DNA from: Candidatus Nealsonbacteria bacterium
GTDB taxonomy: Bacteria; Patescibacteriota; Minisyncoccia; Minisyncoccales; MHMH01
Assembly (NCBI GenBank): GCA_016188865.1
Contig: JACPGX010000005.1
Span: forward strand, 9,188-73,187
Direction of reading: 5' to 3'
DNA: 64,000 nt
The notes below the pieces were generated by a model, which was given only the letters and a program-made list of their open reading frames with translations, did not search any database and had not been told where the DNA came from. Position 1 is the stretch's first letter, and each line of letters starts with the position of its first letter. This document shows, one piece after another, positions 42,602 to 51,551 of the stretch. A program made the translations under genes and the position numbers.

Positions 42602-43432
42602 ATGGAAAAGAAAATAATTATTACTGCGGCAGTTTGCGGCTCTAGGTCCATGAAGACGGACAATCCGGCAGTTCCCTATACGCCAAAAGAAATCATAGAA
42701 GCAGCCGTGGAATGCCACAAAGCAGGAGCTGCCATAGCCCATATTCATGTGAGGGATCCAGAAACAGGCAAGCCGTCTTTCAGGATTAGTTATTTTGAGA
42801 AAGTGCTGGAAGGCATCAGGGAAAAATGCGACATGATTGTCAACCTAAGTACCTCCGGCTTATTTCTCAATGAACATGACGCAATTCCGCGACGACTTCA
42901 AGTTATACGTTTAAAACCAGACATTTGTTCTTTAGATGTCGGTTCCATGAATTTTGCCGATGTTGCGTTCGTCAATCCTCCTCAATGGGGGCAAGCTGCA
43001 GCCGAATTGTCGCAATGCCTCGGAGTCAAGCCGGAAATTGAAGTATTCGATATCGGCCACATTGCGCAGGCAAATGACCTAATCGAAAACGAGTTGGTTG
43101 ACAAGCCCTATTATTTCCAGCTTTGCATGGGCGCTGGCTGGGGGATTCCGGCTACCGAAGAAAATCTTTTATTTATGAAAAATAAATTACTGGAAGGCGT
43201 AATTTGGAGCGTTTTGGGAATCGGCAAATACCAGCGTCCCATGATTACTCTTGCCATGGAATTGGGAGGTCACGTCAGGGTCGGCTTCGAAGACAATCTT
43301 CTTATAGAAAAAGGGAAGCTGGCCAAGTCTAACGCAGAATTCGTGGAACTTGCTGTTAATCTTGCTTTAGTCAGGGACCGAGAGCCAGCCACTTCCGCAG
43401 AAGCCAGAGAGATCCTCGGCTTAAATAAATAA
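42602..43432 (+). CDS. BKACE family enzyme (3-keto-5-aminohexanoate cleavage enzyme-like, DUF849)
   Basis: [47 protein letters not shown]. Confidence 0.7.
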   Translation: MEKKIIITAAVCGSRSMKTDNPAVPYTPKEIIEAAVECHKAGAAIAHIHVRDPETGKPSFRISYFEKVLEGIREKCDMIVNLSTSGLFLNEHDAIPRRLQVIRLKPDICSLDVGSMNFADVAFVNPPQWGQAAAELSQCLGVKPEIEVFDIGHIAQANDLIENELVDKPYYFQLCMGAGWGIPATEENLLFMKNKLLEGVIWSVLGIGKYQRPMITLAMELGGHVRVGFEDNLLIEKGKLAKSNAEFVELAVNLALVRDREPATSAEAREILGLNK

Positions 43433-43437
43433 ATTAA

Positions 43438-43467
43438 ATGCCAGTCCTTAAAGGAACTGGCATTTTA
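43438..43467 (+). terminator. Intrinsic terminator
   Basis: ATGCCAGTCC-ttaaa-GGAACTGGCAT followed by TTT. Confidence 0.7.
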
Positions 43468-43525
43468 TGTTAGAATAGAATTACCATGTGCAAGACTTGC
43501 GCCAGACATAAAAAGAAGAAATAAA

Positions 43526-43987
43526 ATGGGAAAAATAAAAAAAATTTATTTAGGCGCGGACCACGCTGGTTTTAAATTAAAAGAAAGAATTAAAAAGTAC
43601 CTTGGGTTAAAGGGCATTGTTTATGAGGATTTGGGTACGCATTCCTTAGAATCGGTTGACTATCCCGATTATGCAATTGGGGTTGCAAAAAAAGTTGCTA
43701 AAAAAAACAATGCTAGAGGCATTTTAATTTGCGGCACGGGAACCGGCATGGCTATTGCCGCCAATAAAGTCAAAGGCATTAGGGCCGTGGCAGCTTATGA
43801 TAGATATTCGGCTAAGATGTCCCGGCTTCATAATAATGCCAATATTTTAGCATTGCGCGGAAGATTTTTCCCTTTTGAAAAAATAAAAAAGATTGTTTCA
43901 GTTTGGCTGGCAACGCCTTTCAGCCAAAAAGCCAGGCATAAAAGGAGAATAAATAAAATTAAGCAGTTTGAGGAAAATGGAAGTTAA
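43526..43987 (+). CDS. rpiB: Ribose-5-phosphate isomerase B
   Basis: LGADHAGFKLKE, ILICGTGTGMAIAANKVKGIRA. Confidence 0.9.
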   Translation: MGKIKKIYLGADHAGFKLKERIKKYLGLKGIVYEDLGTHSLESVDYPDYAIGVAKKVAKKNNARGILICGTGTGMAIAANKVKGIRAVAAYDRYSAKMSRLHNNANILALRGRFFPFEKIKKIVSVWLATPFSQKARHKRRINKIKQFEENGS

Positions 43988-44606
43988 GATTATCCCAGCT
44001 ATTATTGCCAAGTCGCAGAAAGACTTAGAAGAAAAAATAAATCGGGTTAAAGATTTTGTTGATCGTGTTCAGTTAGATATTATGGATGGAATTTTTGTCC
44101 CCAACGAATCTCTTAATTTTAATTTTAAATTGCCCGAAATAAATTGTCAGCTTGAAGCTCATTTAATGGTGGATAATCCAGACGGCTGGGTTCAGAAAAA
44201 TTGGGAAAAAGTTGATACAATTTTAATACCGATTGAATCATGCGAGAAACCAAAAGAATTCATTAAATTTTTTAAAGGAAAGGAAAAAAAGATAGGATTT
44301 ACCTTGAATCCGGAAACGCCGCTAGAGGCAGTAAAAGATTATTTAGGCGAAATTAATCAAGTTTTAATTATGACGGTTAGTCCCGGTTTTTACGGAGCAA
44401 AGTTTTTACCGGAAACATTGGAAAAAGTAAGGGAATTGAGAAAATTAAAATCTGAAATTGATATAGAAGTCGATGGGGGGATAACCCCTGATACCATAAA
44501 GATGGCGCGTGAAGCCGGAGCCAATTTATTCGTTTCCGGATCATATATTATGAATTCTCAGAACCCCCAAAAAGCAATCGAAACCCTGTCTCATTTCCGT
44601 GCTTAA
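43977..44606 (+). CDS. rpe: Ribulose-phosphate 3-epimerase
   Basis: Start chosen at ATG 43977. QLDIMDGIFVPN, HLMV, VDGGI. Overlaps the rpiB end. Confidence 0.85.
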   Translation: MEVKIIPAIIAKSQKDLEEKINRVKDFVDRVQLDIMDGIFVPNESLNFNFKLPEINCQLEAHLMVDNPDGWVQKNWEKVDTILIPIESCEKPKEFIKFFKGKEKKIGFTLNPETPLEAVKDYLGEINQVLIMTVSPGFYGAKFLPETLEKVRELRKLKSEIDIEVDGGITPDTIKMAREAGANLFVSGSYIMNSQNPQKAIETLSHFRA

Positions 44607-44611
44607 ATACA

Positions 44612-44642
44612 GGGAAGCTCCGCAAGGGCTTCCTTTTTTTTG
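44612..44642 (+). terminator. Intrinsic terminator after rpe
   Basis: GGAAGC-tccgcaagg-GCTTCC followed by T9. Confidence 0.75.
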
Positions 44643-44690
44643 TTTACACTTGGCTTATTGAGGTGGTAGAATGGGGAAAGACGATAATTT

Positions 44691-45179
44691 ATGGAAAAAA
44701 AAGAAAATAACTACGCCTTTATTGACAGCCAAAATTTAAATTTAGGCGTAAAGAGTCGAGGTTGGAATTTAGATTTCGCAAGATTTAGACAATTCCTAAA
44801 AGATAAATACCGCGCTGGAAAAGCGTATCTTTTTATTGGCTTTGTGCCAGAAAATCAGGCACTATATACCGAATTACAGAAAGCAGGTTACATTTGCATT
44901 TTTAAGCCAACCTTAGAGATAAAAGAAGGTAATAAAATCAAGGTTAAGGGTAATGTTGATGCTGAACTGATTTTACATACGATGATTGAATACCCAAATT
45001 ATGAAAAAGCAATTATTGTTTCCGGAGATGGAGATTTTTATTGTTTAATTGAATATTTAGTTAGACAGAATAAATTACGTAAAATAATCGTACCCAATAT
45101 TCATTTTTCATCTTTACTTAGGGGGTTTAGTAATTTTGTCGTCAATATCCAGTTATTTAAAGAAAAACTAAAGAAATAA
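44691..45179 (+). CDS. NYN domain (LabA-like) protein
   Basis: NYAFIDSQNLNLG..GNVDAELILHTM..IIVSGDGDF. Confidence 0.75.
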   Translation: MEKKENNYAFIDSQNLNLGVKSRGWNLDFARFRQFLKDKYRAGKAYLFIGFVPENQALYTELQKAGYICIFKPTLEIKEGNKIKVKGNVDAELILHTMIEYPNYEKAIIVSGDGDFYCLIEYLVRQNKLRKIIVPNIHFSSLLRGFSNFVVNIQLFKEKLKK

Positions 45180-45239
45180 AAAAGAGAGGCATTCCCTCGG
45201 GACGAAACCCTTTGGTAGTCCTCTCATCGTGATATTTTA

Positions 45240-47039
45240 ATGATATCAAACGGAAAATATATTGTCAATAGGCCCACTACAAAACAATTAGAGTTAATGG
45301 CTAATAAATTAAGGATTCACTCTTTGGAATCCACCACTGAGGCGGGCTCTGGTCACGCTACCTCTTGTTTGTCTTGCGCCGAGATAATGAGCTCTTTCTT
45401 TTTTTCGGTTTTAGGGAAAAATGACGAATTTATTCTTTCTAAAGGCCACGCTGCTCCGATTTTTTGGGCGGTTTTGGCTGAAGCCGGATGTTTTGCTAGA
45501 AAAGAATTAAAAAATTTGAGAAAAATCGGCAGCTTTCTAGAGGGCCATCCCACTGCCCGCATGCCTTGGGTGAGAGTGGCTACCGGCTCCTTGGGCCAAG
45601 GATTGTCAGCTGGAGTTGGCATGGCTTTGGCAAAAAAGTTAAAGGGCGGGGAAGGCAGAGTCTACGTTCTCTTGGGAGATGGCGAATGCGCAGAAGGTTC
45701 TGTTTGGGAAGCGGCCAATGCTGCCGCCCATCATTGTCTGAATAATATTTTAGCTATTGTAGATGTTAACAGGCTGGGCCAATCCGGCCAAACTATGCAC
45801 GGTCATGACTTGGAAACGTACAAAAAGAAATTTGAAGCTTTTGGCTGGCAGGCGATTATTGTTGACGGCCATAATGTTCAGGAAATTTTATCGGCTTTTG
45901 AAAAAGCAAAAGAAAGCAAGTTTCCGTTTGTTATTATCGCTAAGACTTTTAAGGGCAAAGGGGTTTCATCTTTACAGGATAAAGATGGCTGGCATGGCAA
46001 GGCTTTAAAAAAAGAAGAATTAGAAAAAGCGCTTCAGGAAATTGGGCCTGCCGATATTGAACTTCCTTCAATGTTTGAGTGCCCCGAAAGATTAAGCCCT
46101 AAATTTATTGATTTTAAATTGAATAATTATAAATTGGGCGATTTGGTTTCTACCAGAGAAGCTTATGGCAGAGCTTTGGTGAATTTAGGTAAAATAAATA
46201 AAGATGTTGTAGTGATTGACGGAGATGTTAAGAATTCCACAATGACTGAATATTTTTTTGAGCAATTCCCCGGAAGAGCTTTCCAATCGTATATTGCCGA
46301 ACAAAATATGGTGGGCATGGCAGTTGGTTTTTCAGCTATGGGGCTTTCTCCCTTCGTTGCCACCTTTTCCGCTTTTTTAAGCAGGGCGCATGATTTTATC
46401 AGAATGGCGCAGTATTCTTTTTCCAACATTAAATTTGCCGGCTCTCATTCCGGCGTGAGCATCGGGCAGGACGGCCCCTCGCAAATGGGCCTTGAAGATA
46501 TACCGATATTTTTAAATATACCGGAAGCGCGGGTATTTTATCCGTCAGACGCTGTTTCTTCCGAGTATTTATTAAAAGAAACTGCCAGATTTAACGGCAT
46601 TTCTTATTTAAGGACAACCCGAGAAAAAACAAAGGTAATTTATAAAAATGGGGAAAAGTTTCCGGTTGGCGGTTTTAAAGTTTGGAAAAGCGGCAAAAAG
46701 GATAAGGCCTTGGTAATCAGCGCGGGCATCACAGTCCACGAGGCCCTTAAAGCGCAAAATACTTTGCTAAAAGAAAAGAATATCCCGATTAGGGTTGTCG
46801 ACCTTTATTCCTTGAAGCCATTGGATTCTAAGGCATTGAGTAAAGAGGCGGAAGAGTGCGATAATAATGTTGTCGTTGTTGAGGACCATTATTGTTCCGG
46901 TTTGGGTTTTGTTGTTTCTATGGCTTTGGGGAAAATTAAGACGCTTTGCGTAAGAGATGTCCCGCGTTCCGGCAAACCGGAAGAATTAATGAGAAAATAT
47001 GGCATCGATTTTTCTGCTATAATAAAAGCAATAATATGA
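45240..47039 (+). CDS. tkt: Transketolase (short, single-chain form)
   Basis: GHATSCLSCAE, SKGHAAP, LLGDGECAEGSVWEA, and a C-terminal Pyr/TKC part. Confidence 0.9.
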   Translation: MISNGKYIVNRPTTKQLELMANKLRIHSLESTTEAGSGHATSCLSCAEIMSSFFFSVLGKNDEFILSKGHAAPIFWAVLAEAGCFARKELKNLRKIGSFLEGHPTARMPWVRVATGSLGQGLSAGVGMALAKKLKGGEGRVYVLLGDGECAEGSVWEAANAAAHHCLNNILAIVDVNRLGQSGQTMHGHDLETYKKKFEAFGWQAIIVDGHNVQEILSAFEKAKESKFPFVIIAKTFKGKGVSSLQDKDGWHGKALKKEELEKALQEIGPADIELPSMFECPERLSPKFIDFKLNNYKLGDLVSTREAYGRALVNLGKINKDVVVIDGDVKNSTMTEYFFEQFPGRAFQSYIAEQNMVGMAVGFSAMGLSPFVATFSAFLSRAHDFIRMAQYSFSNIKFAGSHSGVSIGQDGPSQMGLEDIPIFLNIPEARVFYPSDAVSSEYLLKETARFNGISYLRTTREKTKVIYKNGEKFPVGGFKVWKSGKKDKALVISAGITVHEALKAQNTLLKEKNIPIRVVDLYSLKPLDSKALSKEAEECDNNVVVVEDHYCSGLGFVVSMALGKIKTLCVRDVPRSGKPEELMRKYGIDFSAIIKAII

Positions 47040-47836
47040 AGATTTTTATAGATTCCGCTAACTTAGAAGAAATAGAGAAAGCTTACAGCTCGGGTATTTT
47101 AGATGGAATCACCACCAATCCTTCTTTGATAAAAAAAGCCATGGAAGGCAAAAGCAATATTGATATGGAAAACCATATCAAAAGAATATTGCAAGTGGCT
47201 AAGGGAACGAGAGTTAGTTTGGAAGTGACAGAATTTACTTATGATAAAATGGTGGAACAGGGGAGAAAACTTTTTAAAATGTTTAATCCGGTTGCCAAGA
47301 ATGTTTATATCAAAATTCCGGCAAATCCGTCTTTTGAGGGAGAGAAGAACAGAGAGTTTGAAGGCTTGAGGGCGATAAAAACATTATCCGGCGAGGGCAT
47401 ACCGATTAACTGCACCTTGATTTTTACTCCCGAGCAGGCTTTATTGGCAGCCAAGGCCGGAGCTAAGATAGTCAGCCCGTTTGCCGGCAGAGTTGACGAT
47501 TATATCAGGACTCTAAGCAATATTTCTTTTAATAAATCGGATTATTTTACGGCCGAGGGCAGAGATAGTTTAAATGATAATGGCATTGTTTCCGGGATTG
47601 ACTTGGTACGGCAAATTGTAGATATCTTTAAAAGATATAATATTAAAGCTGAAGTTTTGGCAGCCAGCATTAGAAATGCCCGGCAGGCAAGGGAAGCTGC
47701 TTTAGCCGGAGCCGATATTGTGACCCTGCCATTCGATGTGATAAAAGAATTGATGTCTCATTATAAAACTAAAGAAGGCATGAAAAGTTTCACAGACGAT
47801 GCTATCCCGGAATATATTGAGTTAACCAAAAATTAA
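47036..47836 (+). CDS. tal: Transaldolase (fructose-6-phosphate aldolase-type)
   Basis: Start moved to ATG 47036 (ATGA overlap with the tkt stop). MKIFIDSANLEEI, TTNPSL, IKIPA, SPFAGRVDD. Confidence 0.9.
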   Translation: MKIFIDSANLEEIEKAYSSGILDGITTNPSLIKKAMEGKSNIDMENHIKRILQVAKGTRVSLEVTEFTYDKMVEQGRKLFKMFNPVAKNVYIKIPANPSFEGEKNREFEGLRAIKTLSGEGIPINCTLIFTPEQALLAAKAGAKIVSPFAGRVDDYIRTLSNISFNKSDYFTAEGRDSLNDNGIVSGIDLVRQIVDIFKRYNIKAEVLAASIRNARQAREAALAGADIVTLPFDVIKELMSHYKTKEGMKSFTDDAIPEYIELTKN

Positions 47837-47917
47837 AGGTCGATACTATAAACTAAAAACTAATAAATCCCGATACCATCGAGGATCCTCGAAGAAGTCG
47901 GGACTATAAACTAAACT

Positions 47918-48076
47918 ATGGCAGAAGCTTATTGCGTAAAGTGTAAATCAAAAAGAGAAATGTCTGGCGCCAAAGAGGTGGAAATGAAAGGCAAGGGTGG
48001 GACTACCAGGAAAGCCATGACCGGCTCTTGTCCTAAATGTTCAACCAAGATGTTTAGAATTATGGGCAAGGCATAG
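47918..48076 (+). CDS. Small zinc-ribbon protein (DUF5679-like; 52 aa, not in ORF track)
   Basis: My translation: MAEAYCVKCKSKREMSGAKEVEMKGKGGTTRKAMTGSCPKCSTKMFRIMGKA. Two CxxC pairs. Confidence 0.6.
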   Translation: MAEAYCVKCKSKREMSGAKEVEMKGKGGTTRKAMTGSCPKCSTKMFRIMGKA

Positions 48077-48102
48077 CATTAAAGATTTCCAGAAGTCTTT
48101 AA

Positions 48103-48140
48103 AAAGCCGTCCGACCCGAAAGGGTACGAGGCGGCTTTTG
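48103..48140 (+). terminator. Terminator-like compound hairpin (contains GTCCGAC)
   Basis: AAAGCCG..ACCC-gaaa-GGGT..CGGCTTT followed by TGG. Confidence 0.6.
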
Positions 48141-48147
48141 GATTGAT

Positions 48148-48170
48148 GATAGGATGTCCGACATCCTATC
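48148..48170. repeat. 23-nt perfect palindrome GATAGGATGTC-C-GACATCCTATC (G-TCCGA-C apex)
   Basis: Read directly. Sits between convergent genes. Confidence 0.85.
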
Positions 48171-48185
48171 AAATACATCGCTTTA

Positions 48186-48521
48186 TTATAAGGGGGAAGT
48201 ATAGGTTTTGAGAATAGCTATGGCCAAGATGACAATTCCCGCGAAAAGTCCCGCAAGAGTACTCCACTTGAAGATAGCGTTCTTAATGACAGATTTTAGG
48301 TCTTTGTACCCGAAGAAAACCGTAAGCACCAACAATATCGTTAAGCTTATTGTAGCAATGAACACAAAGACTGCTCCAATGTATGCAATCGTGACGCCGT
48401 ATAAAAGAGGAATTACTGTTAAGAGTAAAGTATTAATCGATAAGAATATTCCAGTCGCAAATCCAACAAACACATAATTAAGTTTGTCTTTTCTGTTCTC
48501 TTTCCACATCGACAATTTCAT
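48186..48521 (-). CDS. Hypothetical membrane protein (3 TM)
   Basis: 111 aa, hydrophobic throughout. SD aggaggtaagg upstream on the minus strand. Confidence 0.6.
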   Translation of the reverse strand: MKLSMWKENRKDKLNYVFVGFATGIFLSINTLLLTVIPLLYGVTIAYIGAVFVFIATISLTILLVLTVFFGYKDLKSVIKNAIFKWSTLAGLFAGIVILAIAILKTYTSPL

Positions 48522-48641
48522 TTTCCTTACCTCCTCGTTATAAATTTACTAAAGATAGTATACCACCCTTATTCATCCTGTCAAGTTTTTTTGCGGAACG
48601 AGTTTTCAAAACCTACAGACTCCCGATGTCTGTATGTTTTA

Positions 48642-48719
48642 TTTTTTGATGTGGGACAGGGCGATGCGGCGTTGATGCAAGGTACGCCGCCAAAGACATC
48701 AGGTTTGAGGTGGCGATAA
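48642..48719 (+). pseudogene. Fragment of a ComEC/MBL-fold gene
   Basis: Translates FFDVGQGDAALMQGTPPKTSGLRWR*. The 31 nt at 48643-48673 match 49311-49341 of the intact gene with one mismatch. Confidence 0.6.
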
Positions 48720-48771
48720 CGCCAAAAATTAAAAGAGCTTCAGTTTTAGCTAAAGCCCTTTTGATTATTCG

Positions 48772-48978
48772 TTAACAGCTGTGTATTTCTTCTTTTGATA
48801 ATTCTTTCAAACATCTTTCGCAGTGCACTACCGCGTAGTATATTGTAAGTACTTCTCTTCCAGCACTACGTTCTTCAACTTTTTTCTTTGCCTTTAATTG
48901 TGGATAGTGACCCAATGCCTCACAAATTTGTTTAGCTGTATGTGGTTGTTGTATTAACGCTTGTCCCATTTCGGACAA
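48772..48978 (-). CDS. Hypothetical small protein, possibly the 3' part of a frameshifted gene
   Basis: 68-aa track ORF starting at TTG. Ends HCERCLKELSKEEIHSC. Overlaps the 27-codon ORF at 48954-49037. Confidence 0.35.
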   Translation of the reverse strand: MSEMGQALIQQPHTAKQICEALGHYPQLKAKKKVEERSAGREVLTIYYAVVHCERCLKELSKEEIHSC

Positions 48979-49037
48979 AATTGTGCTTCTCTCGCATCAG
49001 TAACGATTCCATGTTGACGACATACTCTTACATTCAT
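48954..49037 (-). CDS. 27-codon ORF with strong SD, possibly the 5' part of a frameshifted gene
   Basis: Minus strand reads gcaggagggaaacc-ATG and encodes MNVRVCRQHGIVTDAREAQFCPKWDKR*. A TTTT run lies at the overlap. Confidence 0.3.
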   Translation of the reverse strand: MNVRVCRQHGIVTDAREAQFCPKWDKR

Positions 49038-49161
49038 GGTTTCCCTCCTGCAAAATACAGATTTTAAAGTCCTATCATGAAAATGCCATGGAAAGTTTAA
49101 GGGCGTCAAGTTTTTGCGGGGGCTCTAATTGTGCTAAACTTATTTTACAATATTTTGGATA

Positions 49162-49194
49162 TCCGAAATCCGTCTGAATATTGCGGATTTCGGA
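49162..49194. promoter_or_regulatory. 11-bp inverted repeat in the comEC-like leader
   Basis: TCCGAAATCCG-tctgaatattg-CGGATTTCGGA. Ends 10 nt before ATG 49205. Confidence 0.4.
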
Positions 49195-49204
49195 AATCAT
49201 TACC

Positions 49205-50071
49205 ATGAAAAGAAATTACGTTTTTATTATTTTGGTAATTTTGGTGGGCTTGAATATCCTCGCTTGGATTGCGGTTTATGATTTACGGCCACAGGGGCTG
49301 GAGGTGACTTTTTTTGATGTGGGACAGGGGGATGCGGCGTTTATTGAAACGCCATCGCGTCAGCAGATTTTAATTGACGGAGGCCCGTCTTCCGCCATTC
49401 TTGAGAAACTTGGGCAGGAGATGCCTTTCTGGGACAGGACGATTGATTGGGTGATTTTAAGCCACCCGGAGAAAGATCATTTAGCCGGACTACTTGAGGT
49501 TCTGAAAAGTTATAAAGTGGAAAATATTTTGTGGACCGGCATTGTGCGCGATACGGCCGAATATAAAGAATGGCAAAGATTAATTAAAGAAGAAGGTGCC
49601 AATATTTTTATCGCTAAAACTAACCAGCAAATTATACTCGGAAAATCTTACGAGGCGAAGCCTCGTAAGATTGAGATATTGTATCCGTTTGAGAGTTTGG
49701 AGGGTAAAGAGCTAAAAGATAGCAATGATAGTTCTATTGTGGCCAGATTGGTTTTTGGTTCAACCTCGTTTTTGTTCACCGGCGACGCCACTAAATCCGT
49801 CGAAAAAGAGCTTGTGCTAGGCCCGACCCCGCACAACCTAAAGGCGGAGGTGTTGAAGGTGGGACATCATGGGAGCAAGACTTCCACATCTCGAGAGTTT
49901 GTTGAGGCAGTGTCGCCAGAAATTGCCGTGATTTCCGCAGGTAAAAATAATAAATATGGCCATCCCCATCAGGAAGTTCTGGACAATTTAGCTGGCGTAA
50001 AAATTTTGCGCACCGATATCGACGGCGATATTAAAATAATAAGCGACAGAATTAGTTATCAGTTAAAGTAA
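49205..50071 (+). CDS. ComEC/Rec2-related MBL-fold metallo-hydrolase (C-terminal domain type)
   Basis: N-terminal TM, FFDVGQGDAAFIETP, LSHPEKDHLAGL, VGHHGSKTS. Confidence 0.75.
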   Translation: MKRNYVFIILVILVGLNILAWIAVYDLRPQGLEVTFFDVGQGDAAFIETPSRQQILIDGGPSSAILEKLGQEMPFWDRTIDWVILSHPEKDHLAGLLEVLKSYKVENILWTGIVRDTAEYKEWQRLIKEEGANIFIAKTNQQIILGKSYEAKPRKIEILYPFESLEGKELKDSNDSSIVARLVFGSTSFLFTGDATKSVEKELVLGPTPHNLKAEVLKVGHHGSKTSTSREFVEAVSPEIAVISAGKNNKYGHPHQEVLDNLAGVKILRTDIDGDIKIISDRISYQLK

Positions 50072-50088
50072 AATTAAAAATGTGCAAC

Positions 50089-50481
50089 CTACGATGCCGC
50101 ACATTTTATTTGGTTTTCCACCGCCATTTTTAACAAGATATATCTTTTTTTTACTGCGGAAGGCAAGCGTGAGCGTATTTTTTCGATATTTTTTACGATT
50201 TCTATTTTTGAGATAACGGTGCCATTCGGGAATTGCTCTTTTGTAAAATCTATTTCTCGGCTATCAGGAAGCAGATTCCAATAATGCGGCTCGATAACAT
50301 GCAGAGGTTCTATATTAGCCCTTCCCATTATTATATCTCCGCCTAAAAGATCCTGAGCCACCAAAGCGCTTACTACGCATTGAGTCCAGGCGGGATTTTC
50401 CTGTTTCCACCCCCACGGGTCTCCAGCCGTTTCTTTTGACCAGCATTTTTTAAAAATTTCCAACAATTCTTCAGGCGTCAT
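50089..50481 (-). CDS. Hypothetical protein
   Basis: 130-aa ORF. SD aaggagg upstream. No motif recognised with confidence. Confidence 0.55.
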   Translation of the reverse strand: MTPEELLEIFKKCWSKETAGDPWGWKQENPAWTQCVVSALVAQDLLGGDIIMGRANIEPLHVIEPHYWNLLPDSREIDFTKEQFPNGTVISKIEIVKNIEKIRSRLPSAVKKRYILLKMAVENQIKCAAS

Positions 50482-50555
50482 TTAACCTCCTTCTTGAATT
50501 ATTAACGTGCGTGTGCTAATCTATAATAAATAATTTATAAAAATATTGCAATCAT

Positions 50556-51152
50556 ATGGCAAGCAAAAATCCGCAAGAGGAAAAAACAGTTTTAATTATT
50601 AAACCTGATGGCGTAAAAAGGGGATTGACCGGCGAGATTATTTCTCGCATAGAACAGAGAGGATTAAAAATTATCGCCCTGGAAATGGTGCAAGCCACCA
50701 GAGAACAGGTTGACGGACACTACCCAAAAGATCCGGCTTGGATTAAGAGATTAGGTGAAAAGTCCATCAATACATATAAAGAGCACGGCATGGATCCGAA
50801 AGAAGAGTTAGGCACAGATGATCCGGCTAAAATCGGCGAGTTTGTCAGGAGCTGGCTATTAGACTTTTTAACTTCAGGGCCGGTAGTTAAAATGATAGTT
50901 AAAGGAATTAGGGCTGTAGCCATGATAAGAAAAATAGCCGGCCAGACTATGCCGACTATGGCTGAAATGGGCACTATTCGCGGAGATTTTTCTGTAGACG
51001 ATGCAGCAGCTGCCAACAGAGGCAAGAGGGCTGTCCACAATATTGTTCATGCTTCAGAAACTCCGGAAGAAGCGGAACATGAAATAGACTTTTGGTTCGC
51101 CGCAGATGATATTCATGATTACAAACGAGCGGAAGAAGATATAATGTTCTAA
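50556..51152 (+). CDS. ndk: Nucleoside-diphosphate kinase (long form with an internal insertion)
   Basis: TVLIIKPDGVKRGLTGEIISRIEQRGLKI, NIVHASETPEEAEHEIDFWF. About 50 aa longer than the typical Ndk. Confidence 0.9.
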   Translation: MASKNPQEEKTVLIIKPDGVKRGLTGEIISRIEQRGLKIIALEMVQATREQVDGHYPKDPAWIKRLGEKSINTYKEHGMDPKEELGTDDPAKIGEFVRSWLLDFLTSGPVVKMIVKGIRAVAMIRKIAGQTMPTMAEMGTIRGDFSVDDAAAANRGKRAVHNIVHASETPEEAEHEIDFWFAADDIHDYKRAEEDIMF

Positions 51153-51156
51153 AACA

Positions 51157-51186
51157 AAACCAGCCCCGAGTGGGGCTGGTTTTTGG
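51157..51186. terminator. Bidirectional terminator
   Basis: AAACCAGCCCC-gagt-GGGGCTGGTTT between convergent genes. Confidence 0.85.
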
Positions 51187-51375
51187 TTAACGACCGAATC
51201 TTGAATTTCTCCTCTTTTGCCAACAATCTCGGCAATAGATTGGTCTGTCAGCGGCTGGTTGGAATGGAAGCTCGGTTATTGGAGTTTCGCATTCAGAACA
51301 TTTCCAGTCTCCTTTGACCATTTCTCTCGGAGGAAAATCTCTCCTCGGTTGATCACCGTCAAATTTCTTGAACAT
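51187..51375 (-). CDS. CxxC...CxxC zinc-ribbon protein
   Basis: 62 aa. WKCSECETPITELPFQPAADRPIYCRDCW. Confidence 0.7.
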   Translation of the reverse strand: MFKKFDGDQPRRDFPPREMVKGDWKCSECETPITELPFQPAADRPIYCRDCWQKRRNSRFGR

Positions 51376-51551
51376 AATGATTTTGTTAAAAATAAAACGA
51401 CCTTTTTGCCTAAGTCGCTTTATCTTTTGGGGATACCTCGACTTAAACGTTTCTAAGTAGTATTATACTCCTCTTGATTTTTTTGTCAATAGGCGTATAA
51501 TAAAGCGTACCAAGAGTACTTTGTAAATTTTATTTTTGGGAGGAGAAAAAT

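Noticed and set aside
46946-47035. N-terminal 30 codons of the track ORF for transaldolase. The 5' extensions of the ORFs at 13252, 39672, 49181, 53310 and 60352 are treated the same way.
   Set aside because: The extensions overlap upstream genes or non-coding leaders and are not part of the conserved protein N-termini. Internal ATGs give canonical N-termini.
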